The notes: generated from the letters alone by a model not told the origin. Counted from the stretch's first letter, positions 8,707-19,529 are shown. The stretch is DNA of 64,000 nucleotides from an uncultured Desulfobacterales bacterium (GCA_947259495.1 CAMYLV010000002.1:229698-293697); one strand, 5' to 3'. Numbers and translations: made by a program.

Positions 8707-10251
8707 TCACAGGACAATTGACTCTTTGACCGGGTGGGTTTTAAGGTATTCCAAACGGTTTAACCCGTTCACATAGGCTTTGGCACTGGCTGTGATAATA
8801 TCCGGGTCCGCCCCGCGGCCCAATGCCAGAAGTCCGTTTTCTCTCAGGCGAACGGTTACTTCCCCCTGGGCATCGGTGCCGCCGGTCAGGGCACTGACCG
8901 AAAAGCGTAACAGTTCCGATGCGGTTCCGGTGAGCTTTCCAATGGCATTGAAAGCCGCATCGATGGGTCCATTACCATAGCCCGCGCCCTGCATCGGTCT
9001 CCCGTTGACATCAAGCTTGACACTGGCCATGGGCAGTACGGTCGTGCCGGCTGTGACATGCAGGTATTCAAGCTTAAAAATATCAGCTGTTCGCAAGATG
9101 CCCTCGGTCACGATGACTTCAAGGTCTTCGTCGACGACGTGCTTTTTCTTATCTGCCAGTTCTTTAAATCGGGTAAAAACAAGGTTGATTTCTTCAGCGG
9201 ATAAGTCATAGCCCATGGTCTTTAAGCGGGAGCGCAATGCATGTCGCCCGGAATGTTTGCCTAAAACCAGCCTGTTGGTACTGAGGCCAATCGTTTCCGG
9301 TTTCATGATTTCATAGGTCATGGGGTTTTTCAGGACGCCGTCCTGATGGATCCCGGCCTCGTGAGCAAATGCATTGGCGCCGACAACGGCTTTATTGGGT
9401 TGCACCATGATACCCGTGATCATGCTCACCAGCCGGCTGGTGGGATGAATATATTCGGTCTGAATGGAGGTCGACAGCCCTAAAGAATTGTTGCGGGTCA
9501 CCAGCGACATGACAACTTCTTCCAGAGAGGTGTTGCCGGCCCGTTCGCCGATTCCATTGATGGTCACCTCAGCCTGTCGGGCACCGGCCGTAATGGCCGA
9601 GAGCGTATTGGCCGTGGCCAGCCCCAGATCATTGTGGCAGTGTACACTGAGCACGGCTTTATCGATATTGGGCGTGTGGGTGTTTACATAGCTAACCAGA
9701 TCGGAAAATTCCTGCGGAAGGGCGTAACCGACGGTATCGGGCAAATTCACCGTAGTAGCCCCGGCCGCAATGACGGCTTCAAATACCGTGCAAAGAAAAT
9801 CGCGATCGCTGCGGGAACCATCTTCGGCCGAAAACTCGACATTATCGGTCAGCGTTCTGGCATACTTTACCGCATCCACAGCGGCTTTTACAACTTCATC
9901 TCTGGACATCTTCAGTTTGTATTCCAGGTGAATGTCAGAGGTGGCAATGAAGGTGTGGATGCGCGGTTTTACCGCGTGACGGATGGCCTCCCAGGCGCGG
10001 TCAATATCGTTTTTTGATGTGCGCGCCAGGGCCGCCACTTCCGTTTTTCCCAGTTTACCGGCAATTCGCGAAACGGCCTCCAGGTCGCCATCGGATGCGG
10101 CCGGAAAACCGGCTTCCAAGATATTAACGCCCAGTTTTTCCAATTGGGTGGCGATTCGCAATTTTTCGGCCGTATTCATACTGGCACCCGGACTCTGCTC
10201 ACCGTCTCTCAAGGTGGTATCAAATATCAGTACATGATCGTTCATTTTCAT
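8707..10251 (-). CDS. leuA: 2-isopropylmalate synthase
   Basis: FDTTLRDGEQSPG, HCHNDLGLA, GIGERAGN, HQDG, LGKHSGRHA, C-terminal GNGPIDA regulatory domain. Confidence 0.95.
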   Translation of the reverse strand: MKMNDHVLIFDTTLRDGEQSPGASMNTAEKLRIATQLEKLGVNILEAGFPAASDGDLEAVSRIAGKLGKTEVAALARTSKNDIDRAWEAIRHAVKPRIHTFIATSDIHLEYKLKMSRDEVVKAAVDAVKYARTLTDNVEFSAEDGSRSDRDFLCTVFEAVIAAGATTVNLPDTVGYALPQEFSDLVSYVNTHTPNIDKAVLSVHCHNDLGLATANTLSAITAGARQAEVTINGIGERAGNTSLEEVVMSLVTRNNSLGLSTSIQTEYIHPTSRLVSMITGIMVQPNKAVVGANAFAHEAGIHQDGVLKNPMTYEIMKPETIGLSTNRLVLGKHSGRHALRSRLKTMGYDLSAEEINLVFTRFKELADKKKHVVDEDLEVIVTEGILRTADIFKLEYLHVTAGTTVLPMASVKLDVNGRPMQGAGYGNGPIDAAFNAIGKLTGTASELLRFSVSALTGGTDAQGEVTVRLRENGLLALGRGADPDIITASAKAYVNGLNRLEYLKTHPVKESIVL

Positions 10252-10272
10252 TTGACTTCTCCTTTACGGCGA

Positions 10273-11892
10273 TTAAGCTGAATTCTCCATTCGGTACTGT
10301 TGCGCCTTGGCGAGCTTGAATTGAAAACTATCTGCCAAAGCCTGCCAGCTAGCCTCGATGATGTCCTCCGAAACACCTATTGTGCTCCAGATTTCGTTTT
10401 GGTCTCGCGATTCGATTAATACCCTGACCTTGGCGGCTGTACCCCGGCTGCCGTCGATAACCCTTACTTTGAAATCGACCAGGCGCATCGTATCCAGATC
10501 GGGATAAAATTTATCCAGCGCCTTTCTGAGCGCATTGTCCAGGGCACTGACCGGCCCGTAGCCTTCGCCGGCCGTAATTTCTTTTTTACCACTGACGCTG
10601 ATTTTAATGGTTGCGTGGGCTGAACAGGGTTGATCTTTGTCCTTTTCAATGGTGACCCGGAAAGATTCGAGTTCAAAATGGGGCTGAAATTGATCGGTAA
10701 ATTTTTCCAGCAAGATTTTAAACGAACCGTCTGCTGAATCAAATTGGTAGCCTTCTTGTTCCAGTTGTTTGATCTCAGAAGCGATCTTGCGGCTGTCAAA
10801 GCCATTATTGCCGAGTTCGACGCCAAATTCCTTGGCTTTGTATTCCACGTTGCTTTTACCGGATAGATCGGAAATCAGCACGCGACGTTTGTTTCCGACC
10901 ATTGCAGGATCCATGTGTTCATAGGCCTTCGGCGTTTTCATGATGGCGCTGACATGGATGCCGCCTTTGTGCGCAAAAGCGCTTTTTCCGACAAAGGGTC
11001 GCGAATTGAGGGGCACCAGATTGGCTGTCTCGCTGACATAGCGCGAAAGGTTTCTGAGTTTTTTAAGATTTTCAGCCGAGACACACGCACGACCCATTTT
11101 GACGTCTAAGATCGGAATAATTGACGTTAAATCGGCATTGCCGCAGCGTTCTCCATATCCATTTATGGTCCCGTGGACCATGACGGCGCCTTTGTGAACG
11201 GCGCTTATCGAATTTGCGACCGCCATGTTGCAGTCATTGTGGCAGTGAATTCCGATCTTGATGGAACTGTTTTGGGGCGGGTTCGCACAGAAGTCTTTTA
11301 ATTCTTTATGAACCGCATCAATGATCATCTCCAGTTCAAAAGGAAGCGTGCCCCCATTGGTATCACATAAAACAATAAAATCAGCGCCGCCGTCCAAGGC
11401 TGCCCCCAATGATTTGAGGGCATAGTCTTTATTGTCTTTGTAACCATCGAAAAAGTGCTCGGCGTCATAGACAACTTCGCGGTCATGTTGCTTTAAAAAT
11501 GCGACACTGTCATTGATCATGGCCAGATTTTCCGTCAAGGTGTTACCCATGATCTGCTCGACATGCAGCTCCCAGCTTTTGCCGAAAACGGTCACCGTCG
11601 GTGTCTCGGTCTCAAGCAGTGCTTTGAGATTAGGATCCTCTTCCGGGCCAATACCGGGTTTGCGGGTCGAACCAAAGGCCGCCAGACGGGCCTGCGTGAA
11701 TTTTACTCTTTTGGCCAGATCAAAAAATGCAACATCTCTGGGATTCGAACCGGGCCAGCCGCCTTCAATGTAATGAATCCCGTTATCGTCCAGACGCAGT
11801 GCAATATTTAATTTTTCTTCTGCCGAAAAGGTAATATTTTCTCCCTGGGTTCCATCTCTTAAGGTTGTATCGTACAGAAAGATTGGGTCCAT
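10273..11892 (-). CDS. cimA: Citramalate synthase
   Basis: YDTTLRDGTQGE, EGGWPGSNP, YDAEHFFDG, AFAHKGGIH; start moved to ATG 11892 after a GGAGA RBS. Confidence 0.9.
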   Translation of the reverse strand: MDPIFLYDTTLRDGTQGENITFSAEEKLNIALRLDDNGIHYIEGGWPGSNPRDVAFFDLAKRVKFTQARLAAFGSTRKPGIGPEEDPNLKALLETETPTVTVFGKSWELHVEQIMGNTLTENLAMINDSVAFLKQHDREVVYDAEHFFDGYKDNKDYALKSLGAALDGGADFIVLCDTNGGTLPFELEMIIDAVHKELKDFCANPPQNSSIKIGIHCHNDCNMAVANSISAVHKGAVMVHGTINGYGERCGNADLTSIIPILDVKMGRACVSAENLKKLRNLSRYVSETANLVPLNSRPFVGKSAFAHKGGIHVSAIMKTPKAYEHMDPAMVGNKRRVLISDLSGKSNVEYKAKEFGVELGNNGFDSRKIASEIKQLEQEGYQFDSADGSFKILLEKFTDQFQPHFELESFRVTIEKDKDQPCSAHATIKISVSGKKEITAGEGYGPVSALDNALRKALDKFYPDLDTMRLVDFKVRVIDGSRGTAAKVRVLIESRDQNEIWSTIGVSEDIIEASWQALADSFQFKLAKAQQYRMENSA

Positions 11893-11911
11893 TAGGGTTC
11901 TCCAAACCATT

Positions 11912-12017
11912 AGGGCTTAAGGCATAAGGCACCAGGCTCAAGGCGAAGGAACTCAATCCTATTAGCGATTAAACTTGCGAATTTTATTCCGCTGCCCTGG
12001 GCCTTGCGCCGCGCCCC
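11912..12017. repeat. Inverted 7-nt repeat array (AGGCNYA / GCCTTGC type)
   Basis: AGGGCTTAAGGCATAAGGCACCAGGCTCAAGGCGAAGG ... CCCTGGGCCTTGCGCCGCGCCC. Confidence 0.65.
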
Positions 12018-12021
12018 CGAT

Positions 12022-13074
12022 TTATTTTCTTCGGTTTTCGGGTCTGAGTGAACGGACGACAGCACCGGTTTGCCACATTTCGGATTCTTTGATGACAGTT
12101 AGTTCTTTATCGAGCTTTTCGCGATAATCCGGCGCACTGTTGGCTTCCAGTACCCGTTTGGTTTCTTCACCGGCCACGACGCGTTCATACAGCGCCTCAA
12201 ATACAGGGGCGACTGCATCCCGAAATTGCGGCGCCCAGTCGAGAGCACCGCGTTGCGCTGTGGTGGAGCAGCTGGCAAACATCCAATCCATGCCGTTTGC
12301 GGCAACAAGCCGGATAAGGCTCTGGGTCAACTCTTCCACGGTTTCATTAAACGCTTCGCTCGGGCTGTGACCATTCTTGCGCAGCAGCGCGTACTGTGCC
12401 TCCATAACGCCTGCCAGACACCCCATCAGGACACCGCGTTCGCCGGTCAAATCACTATAGACCTCATTGGCAAAGGTGGTTGGGAACAGGTAGCCGGATC
12501 CGATGGCAATTCCCAGCGCCAGAGCTTTTTCCCTGGCGTTGCCGGTGTAATCCTGATGGATGGCAAAACTCGAGTTGATGCCGCTGCCATCCAGAAAGTT
12601 GCTCCTGACGGTACGCCCCGATCCTTTGGGAGCCACCAGAACCACATCCACATTTGGCGGCGCAACCACACCGGTTTGCTGATGGTAAACAATCGAAAAG
12701 CCATGCGAGAAATAAAGCGTGTTTCCATCTGCCAGACATTCCTTTATCTGGGGCCACATGGTCATCTGGCCTGCATCTGACAATAGGTACTGAATGATGC
12801 TTGCCTGCTGTGCGGCTTCCATGAGCGGAAAAAGTGTTTTGCCTGCCACAAAACCATCCGCCACCGCCCGGTCCCAGGAGGCGCTGTTTTCGCGCTGTCC
12901 GACGATAACGTTGATCCCGTTGTCTCTCATATTCAACGCCTGGCCGGGGCCCTGGACACCGTACCCCAAAACTGCCACGACTTCATCTGCAAGCACTTCG
13001 CGGGCTTCCTGCAGCGGATACTCCTCATCCGTGATCACTTCTTCCATGGTCCCACCAAAATTGAATTGCGCCAT
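12022..13074 (-). CDS. ilvC: Ketol-acid reductoisomerase
   Basis: GYGVQGPGQALN, FSHGF, VAPKGSG, SDLTGERGVLMG, EAFNETVEE, CSTTAQRGALDW. Confidence 0.95.
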   Translation of the reverse strand: MAQFNFGGTMEEVITDEEYPLQEAREVLADEVVAVLGYGVQGPGQALNMRDNGINVIVGQRENSASWDRAVADGFVAGKTLFPLMEAAQQASIIQYLLSDAGQMTMWPQIKECLADGNTLYFSHGFSIVYHQQTGVVAPPNVDVVLVAPKGSGRTVRSNFLDGSGINSSFAIHQDYTGNAREKALALGIAIGSGYLFPTTFANEVYSDLTGERGVLMGCLAGVMEAQYALLRKNGHSPSEAFNETVEELTQSLIRLVAANGMDWMFASCSTTAQRGALDWAPQFRDAVAPVFEALYERVVAGEETKRVLEANSAPDYREKLDKELTVIKESEMWQTGAVVRSLRPENRRK

Positions 13075-13162
13075 GCCAGCTCTCCTTTTTTTAATTACTC
13101 ATTATAGGTAGTCATTGATGTATATTTTGAACCATTGTTTTAAAAAAAAGTGTTTTTAATAT

Positions 13163-13237
13163 CGCATAGGGCCACGCGCAAAGTACATAGCGTAGGAATA
13201 TCATTTTTTTTAGTTCAAACGCTTTGCTCTATGCGCC
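13163..13237. repeat. Degenerate inverted 7-nt repeat array (GCATAG / CTATGC type)
   Basis: CGCATAGGGCCACGCGCAAAGTACATAGCG ... CGCTTTGCTCTATGCGCC. Confidence 0.55.
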
Positions 13238-13290
13238 ATTTCCCGCGGAGAACGCAGTCCAGCGGGAAATTAGCCATTTAAGGATTGAAA

Positions 13291-13779
13291 CTATTTGGGT
13301 TCTCGATACAGCGCCAGCGTCCCGCTGCGCGCGATTTTTTTAATTCCCATTGGTTTGAGAAGATTGATCAGCGCTTTTAATTTGCCTTCATCCCCGGTAA
13401 CCTCGATTATATAATGCTCAGCACCGACATCAATTACTTTGCAACGAAAAATGTCGACAATTCGCAGAATTTCCGCCCGCAAATCCGGTCGTGCTCTGAC
13501 ACAGATCAAAGCCATTTCGCGTTTAACCGCCTTTGCACCCGTCATATCGCGCAGTTTTACGACATTGACCAGCTTTCTGAGTTGTTTTTCGATTTGCTCG
13601 ATCACCGGCGGATTGGCTTTGGTGACAATCGTGATTCTGGATATGTGCGGGTCCATGGTCGGTGCGGTGCACAAGCTTTCGATGTTAAACCCTTTGCCGC
13701 TGAACAGCCCGGCAACCCTTGAAAGTACCCCCGGTTGATTATCGACCAGCATCGTCATGGTATGTTTTGTTTCTTCCAT
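13291..13779 (-). CDS. ilvN: Acetolactate synthase small (regulatory) subunit
   Basis: ACT domain LVDNQPGVLSRVAGLFS..GFNIESL; QLRKLVNV; REMALI. Confidence 0.95.
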   Translation of the reverse strand: MEETKHTMTMLVDNQPGVLSRVAGLFSGKGFNIESLCTAPTMDPHISRITIVTKANPPVIEQIEKQLRKLVNVVKLRDMTGAKAVKREMALICVRARPDLRAEILRIVDIFRCKVIDVGAEHYIIEVTGDEGKLKALINLLKPMGIKKIARSGTLALYREPK

Positions 13780-13866
13780 CCAAAGGTTCCTTTTAGCGCT
13801 TATTCATTATTCAACTGCCCTTTAGCAGGGATTTGAAACGCTCAGTTTTGGTAAAAGATAACCCAC

Positions 13867-15552
13867 CTAAACCAGCAGCATCTCTGTAATGGGTGCGCCG
13901 GCGGGCACCATGGGATAAACACTTTCTTCACGATCGACTTTAAAATCCATAATGACCGGCCCGGAGGCGGAGAGGCCCTCTTTAAGCACCGATTCAACCT
14001 CCTGGGGTTTTGTTGCTCTTAAACCAACCGCCCCGTATGCCTCGGCAAGTTTTACAAAATCAGGCGCACAATCCATGCCCGTGCAGGCATAACGTCTTCC
14101 ATAGAATAACTCCTGCCACTGGCGGACCATCCCCAGATAAGCGTTATTGAGGATGACCACTTTGACGGGAAGGCCGCTTTGGACAGCCGTGGCCATTTCC
14201 TGTATGTTCATCTGGATGCTGCCGTCACCGGCAATATCGATGACAAGCTTATCCGGGCATGCCATCTGGGCTCCGATGGCTGCCGGCAGACCAAACCCCA
14301 TGCAGCCGAGGCCGCCGGATGTAATAAAATGATTGGGCTGATCAAAATGATAATATTGAGCCGCCCACATCTGGTTTTGGCCCACTTCGGTCGTAATGAT
14401 GGCTTCTCCGTTTGTCAACTCGTAGAGTTTTTCAACCACAAACTGGGGCTTAAGGGTATCTTCCTGTTTATAGGCCAGCGGCTTTGTATTTTTCCATTCT
14501 TTAATTTGGGCCAACCAGCCCTGACGTTTCTGTTCGACGTCGGCCATATCGGCCTGCTCGATGAGTTGATTCAGGTGTTGCAGGCTGATTTTGCAGTCTC
14601 CGACAATCGGGATTGTCACCGGGATATTTTTGCGAATCGAGGTCGGATCAATATCAATGTGGACAATTTTTGCCTGAGCGGCAAATGCGTCTGTTTTTCC
14701 GGTAACGCGGTCGTCAAATCGGACACCGATGGAAATCAGAAGATCGCATGCGCCGGTACTCATATTTGCGCGATAGGTACCATGCATGCCGAGCATTCCA
14801 AGCCACAAAGGGTCGGTGCCTGGAAATGCCCCCAGGCCCATTAGTGATGCTGTGACCGGAATGCGGACCTTGCGGGCAAATGCGGTCAATTCAGCAGCCG
14901 CCCCGGCAAGAATAACCCCGCCCCCCGCGAAAATAACCGGTCGTTGCGAAGCTTCGACCAGGTGCACGACTTTTTTTAACTGCTTCATATTCGGTTCATA
15001 GGTCGGATTGTATGATTTTAGCCGAACCTCTTCGATGGGTTGGTAATCGATGACGGCTTTAGCAACATCTTTGGGAATATCGACCAGGACCGGACCCGGA
15101 CGGCCTGAGCGAGCCAGGTAAAATGCTTCCTTGATAATTCGCGGAAAAGCTTCAGCAGATGGCACCAGGTAATTATGCTTGGTGCAGGGGCGGGTGATAC
15201 CCACGATGTCAACTTCCTGGAAGGCATCGTTGCCAATCAACTGGGTCGGCACCTGGCCGGTAAGAATAACCATGGGGATTGAGTCCATATAGGCCGAGGC
15301 AATTCCGGTAACCGTGTTGGTAGCACCCGGACCGGAGGTCACCAGGCAAACTCCAACCCTGTTGCCGGCGCGTGCATAACCGTCGGCGGCATGTACCGCA
15401 CCCTGTTCATGTCTGACAAGGATATGTCGAATATCTGTTTTATCCAGTTCATCATAAATATCAATGACTGCCCCTCCGGGGAATCCGAAGATGGTGTCGA
15501 CTCCTTCTTCTTGCAGTACTTGCATCAGTATTTGAGCGCCGGTTAATTTCAT
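13867..15552 (-). CDS. ilvB: Acetolactate synthase large subunit
   Basis: [38 protein letters not shown]-binding motif GDGSIQMN...NN. Confidence 0.95.
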   Translation of the reverse strand: MKLTGAQILMQVLQEEGVDTIFGFPGGAVIDIYDELDKTDIRHILVRHEQGAVHAADGYARAGNRVGVCLVTSGPGATNTVTGIASAYMDSIPMVILTGQVPTQLIGNDAFQEVDIVGITRPCTKHNYLVPSAEAFPRIIKEAFYLARSGRPGPVLVDIPKDVAKAVIDYQPIEEVRLKSYNPTYEPNMKQLKKVVHLVEASQRPVIFAGGGVILAGAAAELTAFARKVRIPVTASLMGLGAFPGTDPLWLGMLGMHGTYRANMSTGACDLLISIGVRFDDRVTGKTDAFAAQAKIVHIDIDPTSIRKNIPVTIPIVGDCKISLQHLNQLIEQADMADVEQKRQGWLAQIKEWKNTKPLAYKQEDTLKPQFVVEKLYELTNGEAIITTEVGQNQMWAAQYYHFDQPNHFITSGGLGCMGFGLPAAIGAQMACPDKLVIDIAGDGSIQMNIQEMATAVQSGLPVKVVILNNAYLGMVRQWQELFYGRRYACTGMDCAPDFVKLAEAYGAVGLRATKPQEVESVLKEGLSASGPVIMDFKVDREESVYPMVPAGAPITEMLLV

Positions 15553-15619
15553 TTAGTTACCTCTTAAATTCAGTCGGGAAAATTGACGCGTTATGCTCAA
15601 TTGACTCAGGATTATCGCC

Positions 15620-15660
15620 AAAAAAAAACCGTTATCAGTTTGGGGCTGATAACGGTTTTT
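15620..15660 (-). terminator. Attenuator terminator of the ilv/leu operon leader
   Basis: Minus strand AAAAACCGTTATCAG-CCCCAAA-CTGATAACGG followed by a 9-U tract. Confidence 0.9.
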
Positions 15661-15692
15661 GTAATTTCTTTTTTAGCAGATTTAGGCCATTA

Positions 15693-15785
15693 TCAACCCT
15701 TTTCTCCCCAGCAGCTAATAATAATGCCGCCGACGAGTACCAGAATAAGGCAAAGAAGGCTGTTAATGGCGATTATCTTGTTCAT
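15693..15785 (-). CDS. ilv operon leader peptide (30 aa), too short for the ORF track
   Basis: MNKIIAINSLLCLILVLVGGIIISCWGEKG*: 7 Ile, 5 Leu, 2 Val; directly upstream of the terminator and ilvB. Confidence 0.85.
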   Translation of the reverse strand: MNKIIAINSLLCLILVLVGGIIISCWGEKG

Positions 15786-15815
15786 TGGAGTCCGATCAGA
15801 TTAAATTTGTACTAC

Positions 15816-15844
15816 TGTGTAGCAGGATGCGACTGGGTTGTCAA
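15816..15844 (-). promoter_or_regulatory. Putative sigma70 promoter of the ilv leader
   Basis: TTGACA-17 nt-TACACA on the minus strand, about 30 nt before the leader ATG. Confidence 0.5.
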
Positions 15845-15850
15845 GCCTTT

Positions 15851-18127
15851 TTAAAAATGTTCTTTATAGTCGCATTCTTTGGAAAGGCAGGTTAAAAAAG
15901 TTCCCTCTTTTTTGGTGGTTTTTTCAAGTAATAATTTGGCATTGCACTGCGGGCATATCTTCGCGACCGGCTTATCCCAGGTGGCGAATTCACACTTGGG
16001 AAATTGACTGCAGCCGTAAAAGACCTTACCGCGTCTGGATCGCCTTTCAACAATTTCTCCCTCGCAATTATCTTCAGGACATTTGATCCCGATTTTATGG
16101 TTGGCGCCATTTGAATTGAGCGACTGGGTGTTTTTACAGTCCGGATAACCGCTGCAGGCCAAAAATTCACCGTAGCGACCCCGCTTGACAACCATCGGCT
16201 GGCCGCATTTGTCACACACCTTGTCGACCGCTTCTTCGCTATTCGTATCAATCGCCTGGATGTTTCCGCGTTCGTCACGGATGTAGTCTCTGGAGTAGCT
16301 GCAATCCGGGTAGCCACTGCATGCCAGAAAATGACCGTTTTTTCCGACCTTAATGTGCAACGGTTTGCCGCAATCCGGGCAATCAAGTCCTGTGGGCAGT
16401 CCCACGCCTTTCACGCTGAGCATATCTTTGGATGCCGTTTCCAGATCCTTTTTAAAGGGATCATAAAACTGGGCTAAAATTTTCGCCGACTCCACTTCCG
16501 ATGATTCGACGCGATCCAAATTTTCTTCCATGCGGGCCGTAAATTCCACATCTACGATATCGGGAAAATTTTCAACCAGAAGATCGTTTACGATAAAACC
16601 CAGTTCAGTTGGTCTAAAATATCGGTTCTGCATTTCGGCATATTCTTTTTCGCGGAGGGTCGACAAAATGCTGGCATAGGTACTGGGGCGGCCAATCCCG
16701 TTTTCTTCAAGCTCTTTTACCAGCGAAGCTTCAGAAAAGCGGGGTGGCGGCTGGGTGAAATGCTGATTGGGTTCCAGTTGCAGCAGTTTTAAAATCATTC
16801 CTTCCGCCAGCTCTGGCAAGAGCGGCTTTTTATTCTGATCCTTTTTCGCGATTTCGTCAGCGACCGACATGTAAAGCGCCATAAAACCCTGAAATTTAAC
16901 GGTTGATCCGCTGGCGGCAAATTGATAATGGCCGGCCTCGATGGCCACCGAAACCTGATTAATGAGTGCCTGTTTCATCTGGGAGGCCACAAAACGTTGC
17001 CAGATCAGACGGTACAATGTCAATTGATCATTTGACAAATAGGGAGCCATTTCTTCAGGCGTGTTTGTCACCGCTGTGGGGCGGATAGCTTCATGCGCAT
17101 CCTGAGCCTTTTTGCGGTTTTTAAAAAATCGCGGACTGTCCAGTGCGTAATCTTCCCCAAATTCTTCCCGGATCACGCTCAAAGCTTCATTGGCGGCCTC
17201 TTTGGCGATGCGCGTGGAATCGGTGCGCATATAGGTGATCAGACCTACGGGTTCACCCGGACCGAGCTCAATACCCTCGTATAGTTGCTGGGCAATCAGC
17301 ATGGTTTTTTTAGCGGAAAATCGCAGTTTTCGTATCGCGTCCTGCTGCAGTTTGCTGGTTGTAAAAGGGGGTAGCGGGTTTTTGCGGATTGTTTTTTTAT
17401 TTATTTTTTTAACAACGAATTTTTCACCTTCAAGCTGTGCCAGAATTGAGTTGGCTGCTTCTTCATCCGGAACTTTAATTTTTTCATCATTTTTTTTGGC
17501 CAGTTTCGCCAAAAACGAGGGAGGGGATTCGCCTTCCAGGTGAGCCGTGATAGACCAGTATTCCTGAGGCTTAAAAACCTGGATGGCGCGCTCTCTTTCG
17601 CAGATGATTCGCAGGGCAACAGATTGAACCCGCCCGGCGCTCAAACCGCCTTTTACTTTGCGCCATAACAGAGGCGAGATATGGTAACCGACCAGGCGGT
17701 CGAGTATGCGGCGTGCCTGTTGGGCTTCATATTTGGGTCGGTCAAGAGATTCTGGTGAGGCCATCGCTCTGTGTATCGCATCTTTGGTCAGTTCATGGAA
17801 AAGGACGCGATAAAATTTCCGGCCCTTTTTTTTAAGCACTTCTGAAGCATGCCATGCAATGGCCTCGCCTTCGCGATCCGGATCAGGTGCCAGATATATA
17901 TCAGCGGCATCACCGGCAGCCTGCTTTAGTGCTTTTATAACTTTTTGCTTTCCGGGGATGCTTTTATATTCGGGTTTAAAACCGTTTTCGACATCGATCC
18001 CCATTTCTTTGTTTGGCAGATCTTTAATGTGCCCGACGGTTGCCGCCACATTATAATCTTTACCCAGATACTTTTTGATCGTTCTGACCTTTGTCGGCGA
18101 CTCCACAACTAAAAGCGGTTTGGTCAC
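15851..18127 (-). CDS. topA: DNA topoisomerase I
   Basis: VVESPTK, DPDREGEAI, SAGRVQS, LITYMRTDS, AHEAIRPT, C-terminal Zn ribbons; GTG start at 18127 after AGGAG. Confidence 0.95.
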   Translation of the reverse strand: MTKPLLVVESPTKVRTIKKYLGKDYNVAATVGHIKDLPNKEMGIDVENGFKPEYKSIPGKQKVIKALKQAAGDAADIYLAPDPDREGEAIAWHASEVLKKKGRKFYRVLFHELTKDAIHRAMASPESLDRPKYEAQQARRILDRLVGYHISPLLWRKVKGGLSAGRVQSVALRIICERERAIQVFKPQEYWSITAHLEGESPPSFLAKLAKKNDEKIKVPDEEAANSILAQLEGEKFVVKKINKKTIRKNPLPPFTTSKLQQDAIRKLRFSAKKTMLIAQQLYEGIELGPGEPVGLITYMRTDSTRIAKEAANEALSVIREEFGEDYALDSPRFFKNRKKAQDAHEAIRPTAVTNTPEEMAPYLSNDQLTLYRLIWQRFVASQMKQALINQVSVAIEAGHYQFAASGSTVKFQGFMALYMSVADEIAKKDQNKKPLLPELAEGMILKLLQLEPNQHFTQPPPRFSEASLVKELEENGIGRPSTYASILSTLREKEYAEMQNRYFRPTELGFIVNDLLVENFPDIVDVEFTARMEENLDRVESSEVESAKILAQFYDPFKKDLETASKDMLSVKGVGLPTGLDCPDCGKPLHIKVGKNGHFLACSGYPDCSYSRDYIRDERGNIQAIDTNSEEAVDKVCDKCGQPMVVKRGRYGEFLACSGYPDCKNTQSLNSNGANHKIGIKCPEDNCEGEIVERRSRRGKVFYGCSQFPKCEFATWDKPVAKICPQCNAKLLLEKTTKKEGTFLTCLSKECDYKEHF

Positions 18128-18242
18128 GGTTTCTCCTTGTACTCCATTTGATATCTGAATGTTGCACGCGGCAAAAGAGCGCTTGTGCAAAATAACTTCG
18201 CCATAATATTCAAGCAAAAAACGGGTCTTATTTATCTAGCGC

Positions 18243-19358
18243 CTAAAATTTTGGTTCCGAAATGGCAAAAAGCTTTCCCGGCAGCTGCTGCACCATTCCT
18301 TTGAGCTCCAATTGCAGCAATAGGCTCAGCAGTTTACCCGGTTCGAAATTCGTTTTGCGGACGATCGTATCAATATGCTCCGGATAGGGACTCAGAATCT
18401 CGTACAGGGCCAATTCTTCAGGTGGCAGCAACGCTATCCTTTCCGCGGTAGGATTTGCCGTGGTTTCTGCCGGCATTGGCACTTCTTCCAAAAATACAGT
18501 CAGTTCTTCAAGGACATCCTGTGCATTTTCCACCAGTTTAGCCCCCTGCTTGATCAGGGTGTGGGTGCCGGTGCTTTTAAATGAGTGGATGCTTCCCGGA
18601 ACGGCAAACACTTCTCGATTTTGTTCTGCTGCCAGTCGTGCCGTGATCAGTGAGCCGCTTTTGCGGGAGGCCTCCACGACAATTGTGCCCATACTCATAC
18701 CGCTAATGATCCGGTTGCGAATTGGAAAATTATGGGCTTCCGGTTCTGTGTCCAGCGCAAACTCTGAAATGACGGCGCCTTCTTCCGATATCCGGCTAAA
18801 TAGTCCCCGGTTTTCAGCCGGATAGATTTTATTAAAACCGCTTCCGAGCACGGCAACGGTCTTGCCCTTGCCCGCCAAGGCACCCTGATGGGCGGCAGTG
18901 TCAATACCCAGTGCCATTCCGCTGACAATAGTTATATCAAAAGCGGTTAGATCTGCGCACAGCTTCTGTGTGGCCGAAATGCCGTATGCGGTTGCATTGC
19001 GTGAGCCGACCACCGCAATGTTCTTTTTTGCACCCGCCAGATTGCCGGAGACATATAAGAGCGGCGGCGGATCCGGTATTTCCCTTAACAGCAGCGGATA
19101 CGACGTATCTGTCAGGGTGATCACCGTGTACCCTTTTTGATGAACTTGATCGAGTTCGGTCCTGATCCGTTGCGGGGCCTTATAGTTCAGGATAGCGGCT
19201 GCCAGGCGGTTTGATATGCCTTCGACAGCCAGGAGTTCCTGCGTTGTGATCTGGAAAACACGATACGGTGATCCGAACCGGTCTATCAACCGCTTGAACA
19301 AGTGGTTGCCGATGCCGGGAACATTTTTAAGACAAAACCACGGTAGAAGGTTATCCAT
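18243..19358 (-). CDS. dprA: DNA-processing protein DprA
   Basis: AVVGSR, VSGMALGID, FPIRNRIISG, SGSLITA, AVPG; usual position next to topA. Confidence 0.95.
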   Translation of the reverse strand: MDNLLPWFCLKNVPGIGNHLFKRLIDRFGSPYRVFQITTQELLAVEGISNRLAAAILNYKAPQRIRTELDQVHQKGYTVITLTDTSYPLLLREIPDPPPLLYVSGNLAGAKKNIAVVGSRNATAYGISATQKLCADLTAFDITIVSGMALGIDTAAHQGALAGKGKTVAVLGSGFNKIYPAENRGLFSRISEEGAVISEFALDTEPEAHNFPIRNRIISGMSMGTIVVEASRKSGSLITARLAAEQNREVFAVPGSIHSFKSTGTHTLIKQGAKLVENAQDVLEELTVFLEEVPMPAETTANPTAERIALLPPEELALYEILSPYPEHIDTIVRKTNFEPGKLLSLLLQLELKGMVQQLPGKLFAISEPKF

Positions 19359-19529
19359 CTTGTTAAAAACCCCCTGTGAAAGGGGGAGTCAGTCAAACGC
19401 AGACAAATTGTCATTTATGAATTAATTTTAAAGTGTGTTCATATCAATGTCAATTCGATATTCCTAGTTCGCACGGTTTCTAACAGGAAAATTTTATATC
19501 CTGCCAACGGATGCAGCCATGGGGGTTGA

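Noticed and set aside
14179-14844. Long antisense or alternate-frame ORFs (e.g. 14179..14844, 23067..23663, 60129..60692, 102..638)
   Set aside because: They shadow well-conserved genes and have no recognisable motifs
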